A stretch of 64,000 nt of DNA, taken from sequence record MW822008.1. One strand, 5' to 3'. This document shows positions 1-8,390 of this stretch, piece by piece. Position numbers and translations under genes: made by a program. The notes under the pieces are model-generated. The model worked only from the letters and a program-made list of their open reading frames with translations, was not told the origin of the DNA and ran no database searches. Each line of letters starts with the position of its first letter. Within the stretch, counting starts at the first letter, position 1.

Positions 1-30
1 AGTAGGCAGAGGAAGTCTGCCGTACTTTTT
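1..30 (+). terminator. Hairpin plus T-run at window start
   Basis: AGTA-GGCAGA/TCTGCC-(G)-TACT stem followed by TTTTT. Confidence 0.5.
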
Positions 31-126
31 AGTTTCCAAGCTCCTTTTCCATTTTTCAAATTACATCAAATGTAATCAAAAGTAATCACGCAATGATTAG
101 TACTGAATTATTACTTTCACCTTAAT

Positions 127-168
127 TTCAATTACCCTTTTACCCGTCGGGGTAAAATTCAATTACCC
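127..168. repeat. Hairpin TTTTACCC-GTCG-GGGTAAAA flanked by direct repeat TTCAATTACCC
   Basis: 8-bp inverted repeat 138-145/150-157; direct repeat 127-137 and 158-168. Confidence 0.8.
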
Positions 169-365
169 CTTGAGGCTCCAGAAAAAAGTTGGTTAGTACT
201 CCATCCTAAATCTCGATCCTAAAAATTTTGGAGTACCTATGAAATAAAAGTTGGATCTTCGAAAGTTGAAATTTACGTTGGGACGTTTATGATTTGTGGG
301 ATATAATGATGTTTGTAGACGGGTAGTTCTCAAGAATATCAGTACTGAATAATGAAAGAAAGTTA

Positions 366-393
366 TTGACATTATGATTCAGTACTGTATAAT
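366..393 (+). promoter_or_regulatory. sigma70 promoter with no downstream ORF
   Basis: TTGACA-16bp-TATAAT followed by the usual CTACATAG start motif. Confidence 0.8.
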
Positions 394-398
394 GTTCT

Positions 399-510
399 AC
401 ATAGCTTCAAGGGTGATGAGTTGCTGCGAACAATTCATTTACTCTACCTCCTGTCGTGAGACAGTACAGAAAAGATAGTTCCTCCTGTGGTGGTACATCT
501 TTTTGAACCT
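399..510 (+). ncRNA. Candidate structured small RNA
   Basis: Follows promoter 366-393; stems 411-444 and CTGTC-GTGA-GACAG (451-464); two CCTCCT motifs; no ORF. Confidence 0.45.
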
Positions 511-584
511 CATATGAAAATCGTAATAACAGTACTGATATTAACAGAATGGTGTCAGTACTGATTTTAATCTAAAGCATTATG

Positions 585-604
585 CCACCAGCACAAGCTG
601 GTGG
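585..604. other. Inverted pair of Chi sites
   Basis: CCACCAGC-ACAA-GCTGGTGG; GCTGGTGG is the enterobacterial RecBCD Chi sequence. Confidence 0.85.
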
Positions 605-616
605 ATTCCCTCTAAC

Positions 617-692
617 AGTATTCAGTACTACATGATAGTCTTCATCCTCCTAGGGTAACATAGTGAGGGCTATGATGGCAGTACTGAATACT
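617..692. repeat. Long imperfect inverted repeat
   Basis: Perfect 13-bp arms AGTATTCAGTACT/AGTACTGAATACT plus inner ATAGTCTTCAT/GTGAGGGCTAT stem. Confidence 0.75.
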
Positions 693-802
693 CCCTTTCA
701 AAAGATAGATCTATGGTATAGTACTGACGGATTTTGGGCGTAGTTACCCTGGATGGATTTTGGACGTAGATATGTCTAGCCCTCCAGAAGTCTGGAAGTA
801 AA

Positions 803-914
803 GATGGCTATCCATCTAGACGGCTAAACGGCTAGATTTCTGGATGGCTAGATGGCTAGACGTTTGGACGGCTAAACGGCTAGATGGTTACACGTCTGGA
901 AGTATAGACGGCTA
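803..914 (+). repeat. 8-bp-period tandem array, consensus (G/A)A(C/T)GGCTA
   Basis: 14 units in register at 803+8n; near-consensus units at 803, 819, 827, 843, 851, 867, 875, 883, 907. Confidence 0.85.
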
Positions 915-1074
915 AATCAAAATTTTATTTTGTTTTTCCAATAGTTCCCCTACCGCGTGGGGATAGTTTCCCCGCAGTATCTGGAGTTAGATTTTTCTGA
1001 ATCTGGAATCATTATCTTATAAACTGGGGGCAATGTCAACGACCTGGACGGATATTTTTAAAAATTTTTTCAGT

Positions 1075-1164
1075 ACTGAATTTTGGGCGTAACTATGCAC
1101 CCGGTGGGCTTGAGTCTTTCTCGACTTGATGGAACTATTATACAGTACTGAAAAAATAAAGCAA
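1075..1164 (-). ncRNA. sRNA family 1 unit with own promoter
   Basis: Minus-strand TTGCTT-16-TATAAT (1164-1137); GTC-GAGAAA-GAC hairpin; core CCCACCGGGTGCA (1108-1096). Confidence 0.6.
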
Positions 1165-1198
1165 TACCCTGGAAGCAAAAAAGTTTTAATTAATTTGC

Positions 1199-1286
1199 TT
1201 GCTATCCTGGGCCGGACTATGGTACTATATTTCAGTACTGAGAAAGTGCGTTTACCTGCTAGGGTGCGGGAGTGTATCCTTTTTTT
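1199..1286 (+). ncRNA. sRNA family 1 unit (variant core)
   Basis: TTGCTA..TACTAT promoter; GTACT-GAGAA-AGTGC hairpin; CCTGCTAGGGTGCGGGAGTGTATCC (1255-1279) then T7. Confidence 0.55.
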
Positions 1287-1294
1287 ATATCTTG

Positions 1295-1380
1295 AATTTT
1301 GGGCGTAATTTCGCACCCTCTGGGGTTTCCGCTTTCTCGCGTCTATGTAGTAATTATACGCTTTTTCAGGATCAAGTCAA
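1295..1380 (-). ncRNA. sRNA family 1 unit
   Basis: Minus-strand TTGACT-16-TATAAT (1380-1353); CGC-GAGAAA-GCG hairpin; core CCCCAGAGGGTGCG (1325-1312). Confidence 0.6.
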
Positions 1381-1756
1381 TACCTAAAAACAAAATAATT
1401 GAAAATAATTTAACGCGTTTAAACGGCCCGTAAAGCCCTGGAATGATTGGAATGGTGCAAATGTATAGCTTATGTGTATTAATGCGTTAGAATGCGTCTG
1501 AGGCCGTTTTACGGGGTATGGGGATGATTTGGTGGATTGATTCAGTACTGAATAATAGTACTACTATATAGAAAGATAGTTCCCCTGGATGGTTGCAGTA
1601 CTGAATGATAGTACTGAATAATAGTTCCCCTATATAGAAAGAAAACTATTTTAAAAGTATTTGTAGAAAGTACTTGCAAACTAAGTTTAACGGCGTATAA
1701 TGTTTTACATCGAGAGCGGGAACACTTCCCGCTACATATTACGAGAGATTAAAACG

Positions 1757-2119
1757 ATGGCGACTCAAATCACTAAAATTATTGCTAACCTGGTTAACTT
1801 TCGCGACGAGATGAAAGATCTTCCGGCAGAAACGGTAAAAATTCACATTTCAGCTTATCGGGAACTTATTGCAATGTTACCGCTTAAGCGTGAACAATAC
1901 GCCGCGACCGTGATGCTTGATGCGATGATCCATAAGATGATCGCCAGTGATTTAACGATGGTTTATCAGTATATGGGCGAAAATTTCGCGGTGTATAGTA
2001 AACCAGTACCAGGAATGGAAAGTACAGAAGTATTACACGGTTTAAATTTAAAACAAGATGCATGGGATAATATGCCTCGTTTCCTGGTATGGGCTGACAG
2101 TGGCAAAATTTACGAATAA
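1757..2119 (+). CDS. Early hypothetical protein
   Basis: ORF; start moved to the ATG after the cassette hairpin. Confidence 0.85.
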   Translation: MATQITKIIANLVNFRDEMKDLPAETVKIHISAYRELIAMLPLKREQYAATVMLDAMIHKMIASDLTMVYQYMGENFAVYSKPVPGMESTEVLHGLNLKQDAWDNMPRFLVWADSGKIYE

Positions 2120-2213
2120 GTTTAATAAAGTACTTGCAAACTAAGTTTAAAAGCGTATAATACTTTACATCAGGTGGGGAATAGTTCCCCACTATAATTA
2201 AGAGATTAATTTT

Positions 2214-2447
2214 ATGAGTACTATTTTAACTGTTTCTCAATCCGTTGCACTGACTGACCTATTAAACGCTTTAAGCCGTTGCACTGAGGTTGGCTTGTTT
2301 GATGTGGTTGACGTTGCACCGGACGTTATTAATCATTTTTGTGATGCGATGGAAGAATGTAAGGAAGATGATAGCCGTATGATGGCGGTCGCCTTTGAGG
2401 AAGTACAGCCGGGTGAGATCAAAGGTTTACCAGTACTGAAAAAATAG
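2214..2447 (+). CDS. Early hypothetical protein
   Basis: ORF after cassette promoter. Confidence 0.8.
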   Translation: MSTILTVSQSVALTDLLNALSRCTEVGLFDVVDVAPDVINHFCDAMEECKEDDSRMMAVAFEEVQPGEIKGLPVLKK

Positions 2448-2529
2448 TACTTGCAAACTAAGTTTAAAAGCGTATAATACTTTCTATCAGGTGGTGAATA
2501 GTTCCCCACTATATAAGAGGATTAAAAAA

Positions 2530-2769
2530 ATGGCTAAATCAAAAATGTTCTTAGGTCACAAAAACAAAACTCATTGGAATGTAAGCCTTTGGATTAATAA
2601 CGATGAGTCATTGTACCGGTTGGCCCAGGACTTTATTAATGATAGCACTAATCGCAATGATGCGGCCCGTCATATGATGCTATTTTTAGAACAGACTGGA
2701 CAAGATAAAACACCGGACGGATTCAAATATAGCACTACTGCGATCCGTGCGGCGATGGTTGGAATGTAA
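2530..2769 (+). CDS. Early hypothetical protein, paralog of 4570
   Basis: Shares GHKNKTxWNVSLWINNxESLYRLAQ and TPDGFKYSTTAIRAAMVGM. Confidence 0.85.
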   Translation: MAKSKMFLGHKNKTHWNVSLWINNDESLYRLAQDFINDSTNRNDAARHMMLFLEQTGQDKTPDGFKYSTTAIRAAMVGM

Positions 2770-2855
2770 TAGAATTTATTTAAAGTACTATCATTTTTTT
2801 GCGATAGTACTTTATAATAGTGTTTTATTCATACACCAACGATAAGGGTAACAGC

Positions 2856-3122
2856 ATGAATATTAAGTATTTTGCGACGCGTGAACAAGCTCGGATCGCC
2901 GCACGCCAGGACGGGGCAACGTTTAAAGATATGGGAGCGGGATCGGCAAGTGGTGAACGTTGGGCCATTGTAAAGCGTAGTACCGCCAGATCATTACAGT
3001 ACTGGTTAGCGGCGTTAAAAAGTCCCGATAGTGTATCGCGTCGAGTGGTAGAAATAAAGCTCGACCGAAAGGGCAACCGCGTGACCGTGTACCGTACTAA
3101 AAAGATTGCAGTACTTGAATAA
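2856..3122 (+). CDS. Early hypothetical protein, paralog of 15228
   Basis: Shares ATRExARIxARxxGAxFKDMG and DRKGNRVTVY. Confidence 0.8.
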   Translation: MNIKYFATREQARIAARQDGATFKDMGAGSASGERWAIVKRSTARSLQYWLAALKSPDSVSRRVVEIKLDRKGNRVTVYRTKKIAVLE

Positions 3123-3209
3123 AAAGTACTTGCAAACTATGTTTAATGGCGTATAATGTTTTACATCGAGAGCGGGAACACTTCCCGCCTATAACCTGGA
3201 GTAATAAAA

Positions 3210-3440
3210 ATGACTAATATGTATATGACTGAAGTTAAAACCGTAAAAGATACTACCACGAATAAAACTACTTACTTACAGCGGATCTGCGGTGTATGGC
3301 AACGTATCAGCAAATCAAAGTACTTTAAATTAACATCATATGCAAACCGTTCGGATTCATTCAGTACTGAAATAAAAGGTAATAAAGTACACCAATACGG
3401 CACTTATTATTATTATAGCCTGGACGCGATTGCAGTATAA
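3210..3440 (+). CDS. Early hypothetical protein
   Basis: ORF, GGAG RBS, cassette promoter. Confidence 0.8.
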   Translation: MTNMYMTEVKTVKDTTTNKTTYLQRICGVWQRISKSKYFKLTSYANRSDSFSTEIKGNKVHQYGTYYYYSLDAIAV

Positions 3441-3470
3441 GCAGTTTACAAATCTTTACAATTGCCGGTA

Positions 3471-3555
3471 TTGACTTATTTTGTCAGTACTGGCATAATG
3501 TATTCATTGGCAGATAAGCCGTAGCCCATAGGGTGCGGGAGTGTATCTATAGAAA
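3471..3555 (+). ncRNA. sRNA family 1 unit
   Basis: TTGACT-17-CATAAT; GGC-AGATAA-GCC hairpin; core CCCATAGGGTGCGGGAGTGTATCT (3525-3548). Confidence 0.6.
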
Positions 3556-3564
3556 AAGTAGTTT

Positions 3565-3643
3565 ATTACAGTTACAATTGTGCACCCGGTGGGTTAGCTG
3601 TTGTCATGGGGTATATTATGCCAGTACTTGATAATGCTGTCAA
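3565..3643 (-). ncRNA. sRNA family 1 unit
   Basis: Minus-strand TTGACA-17-CATAAT (3643-3615); core CCCACCGGGTGCACAATTGTAAC (3593-3571). Confidence 0.6.
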
Positions 3644-3723
3644 TACTTTTTTTACTATTCAGTACTGAAAACTATTTTTAAAAAGTACTTGCAAACTATG
3701 TTTAAAGGCGTATAATGTTTTAC

Positions 3724-3798
3724 ATCAGGACGGGGAACGAAATAAGTAACTCCCCGTTAAGTAGCCCAGGAGTAAGGCACACGAAAAACTCCCCTGAT
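3724..3798 (+). ncRNA. sRNA family 2 (three-way junction)
   Basis: Lies between two promoters with no ORF; stems ATCAGG/CCTGAT, ACGGGGA/TCCCCGT, GGAGT/ACTCC. Confidence 0.65.
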
Positions 3799-3866
3799 AA
3801 AATAGTTTGACAAATGTTTTTAAAAGCGTATAATACTTACATCAACTACTGAATGAGGGTTACAAA

Positions 3867-4478
3867 ATGAAAACTATCACTACTACTACTTTCGTTATGG
3901 ATTTTTCTGAATTGAACGCAGAACAAAAAACGTCAGCTATCGAACTGGTTCGGGAACGTGAAAAAAACTTAAACGATGATTATTTTTCTGAAAGTGAAAT
4001 TGAATACTATAAAGAAACAGTACTACCGGAATATGGCATTAATGACGCTGATTTACGTTTCAGTGGCTTTTGGTCCCAGGGTGACGGTGCATCAATCAGT
4101 ACTGACCACGTTGACGCAGTGAAGTTTTTACGCAAGGTAAGAGCATTAACTAAGTATCGCTCAATCCGTCACTTGCTGAATGAAGATGATTTGGCGATGA
4201 GTGTAAAGCGTTCTCACTCCCACTACTCGCATGAAAACACTGTAAGCGGGTACATTGAATCGGCTTACACTGATTTAACCGCAAAACAAGAAACGTTAGT
4301 TAATGAGCTTGAGGAACTACTCACTGAAACTATTCGTGAATTATCCCGCAAGTTGTACCGTGATTTAGAGAATGCATATGAGGATCAATTCACTACTGAA
4401 AACATTACGGCACTGATTGAGGGTAACGAATATCAATTCAATGTTATTGATGGCGTAGTAGAATCAATCGAATATTAA
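3867..4478 (+). CDS. Conserved protein of the FSGFWSQGDGA family (often auto-labelled antitoxin of TA stability system; function unproven)
   Basis: Motif FSGFWSQGDGAS and N-terminal FSELNAEQKTSAIE. Confidence 0.6.
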   Translation: MKTITTTTFVMDFSELNAEQKTSAIELVREREKNLNDDYFSESEIEYYKETVLPEYGINDADLRFSGFWSQGDGASISTDHVDAVKFLRKVRALTKYRSIRHLLNEDDLAMSVKRSHSHYSHENTVSGYIESAYTDLTAKQETLVNELEELLTETIRELSRKLYRDLENAYEDQFTTENITALIEGNEYQFNVIDGVVESIEY

Positions 4479-4569
4479 TTTAAAAAAGTACTTGCAAACT
4501 AAGTTTAAAAGCGTATAATACTTTATATCGAGGCGGGGAGTGGTTCCCCGCTCAAACGAGGATTTAAAA

Positions 4570-4809
4570 ATGGCTAGTTCTAAAACTTACAACGGGCACA
4601 AAAACAAAACTCAATGGAATGTAAGCCTTTGGATTAATAACGGTGAGTCATTGTATCGGCTTGCACAAAGTTGTATCGCACAAAGTAGAACTAAAGATAT
4701 TGCAGCGGAATGTATGTACCGCAGATTAAAAGCCAACGGTACTACTACAACGCCGGACGGTTTTAAGTATAGCACTACTGCGATCCGTGCTGCAATGGTT
4801 GGAATGTAA
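4570..4809 (+). CDS. Early hypothetical protein, paralog of 2530
   Basis: Shared motifs with 2530. Confidence 0.85.
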   Translation: MASSKTYNGHKNKTQWNVSLWINNGESLYRLAQSCIAQSRTKDIAAECMYRRLKANGTTTTPDGFKYSTTAIRAAMVGM

Positions 4810-4866
4810 TATTCAGTACTGAGATAATGGCGGGTAATAGTTCCCGCCTTTACTGAGGGTTATCTA

Positions 4867-5127
4867 ATGAGTAAAGTAATAAAGTACAATGTGTTAAGCA
4901 AATCATTGTCTATCAGTGAATGCACCGATGGTTTTTGGATGTACGATGAAACGCGTGGCATGAATTTAGCTATGCGTGCAAAAACTGCTGAGGCGGCGTA
5001 TATTCAAGCACTGGAATACTACCAGGAACGTTTAAAGGAAGTAGAAGAAGATTATAAAAGCCTCAAAGCGAAAGTAGATCATTTCGTCGGTCAATTCATC
5101 GAGGAAGACGACGACAAACAATATTGA
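4867..5127 (+). CDS. Early hypothetical protein
   Basis: ORF, GAGG RBS after hairpin. Confidence 0.8.
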   Translation: MSKVIKYNVLSKSLSISECTDGFWMYDETRGMNLAMRAKTAEAAYIQALEYYQERLKEVEEDYKSLKAKVDHFVGQFIEEDDDKQY

Positions 5128-5213
5128 AAAAGTACTTGCAATTAGTTTTCAGTACTGTATAATGGTTTACATCAAAGGGAGAAATGGTTCTCCCTGGTAA
5201 TGAGGAAAATAAA

Positions 5214-5435
5214 ATGGCTAATATCACTACTCTTTCCCAACTGGAAGCACTGGTTAAATCTATGCGGGAACATGCCGACAAAATCGGCGTACAAGATCCA
5301 GCCGTTTGCTTCTGCGACGAATTGAATGATGATACCCTGGTAATAGCAGAAGTCCAGGACGTTTCTAACTATTCATCGCGTTACACTGGCGGCGTAGCAA
5401 ATAAAGGTGACTTCTGTTTATACCTTACAAAATAA
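5214..5435 (+). CDS. Early hypothetical protein
   Basis: ORF; start after cassette hairpin. Confidence 0.8.
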   Translation: MANITTLSQLEALVKSMREHADKIGVQDPAVCFCDELNDDTLVIAEVQDVSNYSSRYTGGVANKGDFCLYLTK

Positions 5436-5440
5436 CAACG

Positions 5441-5470
5441 CGGGGAGATAATAACTCCCCGTTACTTTTT
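5441..5470 (+). terminator. Intrinsic terminator
   Basis: CGGGGAG/CTCCCCG stem then TTACTTTTT. Confidence 0.65.
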
Positions 5471-5479
5471 CAGTACTGA

Positions 5480-5570
5480 ATCATTTAATAGACGGATCTA
5501 TGCACCCGGTGGGTTAGTGACTGTTTCGTCTTGATGTAGTAATTATGCCAGTACTGGATGCACTTGTCAA
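5480..5570 (-). ncRNA. sRNA family 1 unit
   Basis: Minus-strand TTGACA-17-CATAAT (5570-5542); GAC-GAAACA-GTC hairpin; core CCCACCGGGTGCA (5513-5501). Confidence 0.6.
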
Positions 5571-5678
5571 CAACTATTTTTCAAATACTTTTTATTAAAA
5601 TACTTGCAATTAGTTTTTAAACGCGTATAATGTTTTGCATAGGGGGAGCGGTTCCCCTGGTAACTAAGGAATAATAAA

Positions 5679-5915
5679 ATGCTTGAACAAATCAAATCAA
5701 CGTCTTCGAATGTAACGGGAACGGTAGCACACTTTACTAGTGATGAATCGCGGGGCGTTCCCTATTGTGCTGTACATGTAAACACTGAGGGTAACTACTG
5801 GTTTACGGTTTACGGATCATATTCATTTGGACGGCCAGGGCATCAAAAAATTCTGGATAAAGTACAACCAACGGGTAAAAATATCACTGCTGAAATGTTT
5901 TATAAAAAATCATAA
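5679..5915 (+). CDS. Early hypothetical protein
   Basis: ORF, AGGA RBS. Confidence 0.8.
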   Translation: MLEQIKSTSSNVTGTVAHFTSDESRGVPYCAVHVNTEGNYWFTVYGSYSFGRPGHQKILDKVQPTGKNITAEMFYKKS

Positions 5916-5999
5916 AGTACTTGATAATAGTTTTTAGTACTGTATAATATTTTACATCGCAAGGGGGAGCGGTTCCCCCTGGTAACTAAGGATAATCAA

Positions 6000-6299
6000 A
6001 TGAAAATTGCAATCATCGCCCTGGCTTTATCTGTTTCCTCTTTCGCTGTTAATGCGTCATTAGATGTAAGTAGTGAAAAATTCATTCAGTGCACTGTTGC
6101 AATGACCGATGAAAGTACTGGCGAGATTGTTTTAAAGGATTTAGAGATCCAGCCGGAAGCATTTAAAAACGGGCCGTTCCATGAAGAAGACGAAAAAGGT
6201 AGCACGACAATTTATTACGATGCAAGTACTAAACGCGGTTCGGTCACTGTTATGGATACTGAGAAAGTAACTCATACTGGCGTTATTAATTGCCGTTGA
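6000..6299 (+). CDS. Exported protein with signal peptide
   Basis: MKIAIIALALSVSSFAVNA Sec-type leader. Confidence 0.75.
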   Translation: MKIAIIALALSVSSFAVNASLDVSSEKFIQCTVAMTDESTGEIVLKDLEIQPEAFKNGPFHEEDEKGSTTIYYDASTKRGSVTVMDTEKVTHTGVINCR

Positions 6300-6320
6300 T
6301 ATATACTACGGGGTAACATC

Positions 6321-6551
6321 ATGACTAAGCGAATTGTTTTACTTAACGAAAGCAGTACTACACAACTACTTAACGCCGTGCATTATGATATTGAAACGAG
6401 CGTTAATCTTATCAGTACTGTAGTACTGTTGGACACTGGAAAGGTCGCCAATGATAAAGCGATTGCAGGTATACTAACGGATCTTGAGCCTGGTAGCAGT
6501 GCATCAATAACGTTAAATGGTAAAGTGTTTAACATTTTACTTACTGATTAA
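6321..6551 (+). CDS. Early hypothetical protein
   Basis: ORF. Confidence 0.75.
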   Translation: MTKRIVLLNESSTTQLLNAVHYDIETSVNLISTVVLLDTGKVANDKAIAGILTDLEPGSSASITLNGKVFNILLTD

Positions 6552-6557
6552 GTACAT

Positions 6558-6579
6558 AGCCCACCTGGTGGGCTTTTTT
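6558..6579 (+). terminator. Intrinsic terminator
   Basis: AGCCCAC/GTGGGCT plus T-run. Confidence 0.85.
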
Positions 6580-6668
6580 GTTTTTGTAGTATCGTAGTAC
6601 TGAGATACTTTGAAAATAGTTTTAAAAAAGTAGTTGACATTACCGCAGAAAAGCGTAGAATGTATTAC

Positions 6669-6741
6669 ATCAAGACGGGGAGCACTAAGTAGACCGCCAG
6701 TAAGTCGAACGAAAAACTGGACACGTCGAGAAAACTTTGAT
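6669..6741 (+). ncRNA. sRNA family 2 variant forming the 5' leader of gene 6785
   Basis: ATCAAG/TTTGAT closing stem, TAAGTAG linker, CCAGT/ACTGG stem with AAG-N4-ACGAAAA loop. Confidence 0.55.
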
Positions 6742-6784
6742 ACACTAATAAACGTAAACTAAACTTTAATTGAGGATTTATAAA

Positions 6785-7267
6785 ATGGCTAATGTAAAAT
6801 CATTCATCAAAGCACTGGTAGCAAATGAAACTAACGTCGCGGCTGAGATCCTGGCTGAACTGGATAACGATACCATGAAAGCGGTACGCAATAATTTTAA
6901 CATCGCGTACAGTACTGCGAAAGAACTACAAGCAAATAAAGCGGCAGAAATTGAAGCGGCAAAGGCGGCCCGTGAAGCAGAACTACAAGCAACAATCGAA
7001 AGTATTCAGGCGGCAGTAGTTGGATTGGATCTGGAAGTAGTTACAGAGATGGCACAAAAAGCCCTGGCGGTTAAGTATGGGGAAGACAAGCCAGAAGTAA
7101 AAGCCAAAAAATGGATTCAGGAACGCGTAGCGGTAGTACTGGACAACGGGGAAGAATATCTGATTCCGGTGCGTGGTAACTGCATTGCGGTAGTACTGGA
7201 CGCGATTAACTCCAGTGGTATGACTCGCGAGGAATGGATCGAAGCTCATCGCAAAGTTGAAGCATAA
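6785..7267 (+). CDS. H-NS-like protein (tentative)
   Basis: Ala/Glu coiled coil, GLD linker, C-terminal DNGE..RGN..AV...A....G.....W, resembling the H-NS DNA-binding domain by eye. Confidence 0.45.
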   Translation: MANVKSFIKALVANETNVAAEILAELDNDTMKAVRNNFNIAYSTAKELQANKAAEIEAAKAAREAELQATIESIQAAVVGLDLEVVTEMAQKALAVKYGEDKPEVKAKKWIQERVAVVLDNGEEYLIPVRGNCIAVVLDAINSSGMTREEWIEAHRKVEA

Positions 7268-7288
7268 CAATTAAAGTACTGAATCACT

Positions 7289-7314
7289 AGCCCACTTATA
7301 CAGTGGGCTTTTTT
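7289..7314 (+). terminator. Intrinsic terminator
   Basis: AGCCCACT/AGTGGGCT plus T-run. Confidence 0.85.
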
Positions 7315-7333
7315 GTGTTTATCGTTTACCAGG

Positions 7334-7424
7334 CCACCAGCACCGCCTAGAAACGATTCTAACGCATTAAACTGATTATCTGATGCATCACCCTAGCTGG
7401 TGGCGTTAAGGTCGTTAGAATGCG
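7334..7424. other. Intergenic island with an inverted Chi pair and ATTCTAACG/CGTTAGAAT inverted repeat
   Basis: CCACCAGC 7334-7341, GCTGGTGG 7396-7403, arms at 7356 and 7413. Confidence 0.75.
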
Positions 7425-7551
7425 ATTGAGTGCGTTTAAAGTATTTTACAAAAAGTAATAAAAAGTACTTGCACGATTAAGAGATTAGCGTATAATGTTT
7501 TACATCGAGAGGGGGAAACGGTTCTCCTTCCAAATCAAAGGAATCAAAACA

Positions 7552-7779
7552 ATGGCTATTATCATTACTCGCGTATCTGGTACTACTGGCAACGAACAAG
7601 TAGTTGCAGTCATTACCAACAAGGAAGGTGCGGAATTGCAAAATGCAATGAATACCTGGGCCGTTAATGAGTTCGGTCAGTGGGCAAGTGTAGCATACAT
7701 TGAAACCTATCAAGTGCCGTCGATTAGTTTAACTGATTTGGGCGTTGAGCGTATCCTTTGCCTTGATGAATTAAATTAA
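7552..7779 (+). CDS. Early hypothetical protein
   Basis: ORF; start after hairpin. Confidence 0.8.
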   Translation: MAIIITRVSGTTGNEQVVAVITNKEGAELQNAMNTWAVNEFGQWASVAYIETYQVPSISLTDLGVERILCLDELN

Positions 7780-7865
7780 AAAAGTACTTGCAAAGTAAAT
7801 CGAATAAAGTATAATACATTACATCAAGGGGAGAAAATGGTTCTCCCCACTACAAGGAAACTAAA

Positions 7866-8009
7866 ATGAAAACTTGTCAATGTGGTCAGAAATCTATTAC
7901 GGGTTTAAAGCGGGGCGTTGCTCTTTGCCAGTACCATTATAATTTACAAGTATGGGGTAAAGAATGGGCCGACCAGGTGGAAGCAGCAAAGAAAGCAAAA
8001 AGTAAGTAA
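7866..8009 (+). CDS. 47-aa Cys/His (zinc-finger-like) protein, below ORF-track cutoff
   Basis: MKTCQCGQKSITGLKRGVALCQYH...; AGGA RBS; cassette promoter. Confidence 0.7.
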   Translation: MKTCQCGQKSITGLKRGVALCQYHYNLQVWGKEWADQVEAAKKAKSK

Positions 8010-8088
8010 AAATATTATCACAGTACTATTGACATAGTTTGATAGTACTGGCATAATAGATTTTATCAAGACGACTAAGGAAAACAAA

Positions 8089-8301
8089 ATGGCTATCATT
8101 ACAAAAATCAAAGTAAACAAATCACTGGTTAAACTTGAACAAGTGAAAGCAGGTTATAAAGTATCGTGGTGCGGTATGTATCGGATGTTCGCAGATATTG
8201 ATGAAGCGATCAATTATTACAGCGACACGGTTAAAAACTTTGTTCGTGCTGATGTGGTTATGGCAGTGGCAGCACATAAAGCAGCGAAAGAAAGTAAGTA
8301 A
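8089..8301 (+). CDS. Early hypothetical protein, likely paralog of 11203
   Basis: MAIIxK start, YxVS and DEA pattern, same promoter class. Confidence 0.8.
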   Translation: MAIITKIKVNKSLVKLEQVKAGYKVSWCGMYRMFADIDEAINYYSDTVKNFVRADVVMAVAAHKAAKESK

Positions 8302-8390
8302 AAATATTATCACAGTACTATTGACATAGTTTGATAGTACTGGCATAATAGATTTTATCAAGACAACATATTAATTTAAGGAATACAAAA

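Noticed and set aside
803-914. 8-bp array as CRISPR or coding repeat
   Set aside because: No spacers and no ORF with a start or RBS.
3724-3800. Hammerhead ribozyme (CTGAT and CGAAA present)
   Set aside because: The core would need CUGANGA in the junction; here it is CTGATAA within or after the closing stem, and CGAAA is in terminal loops.
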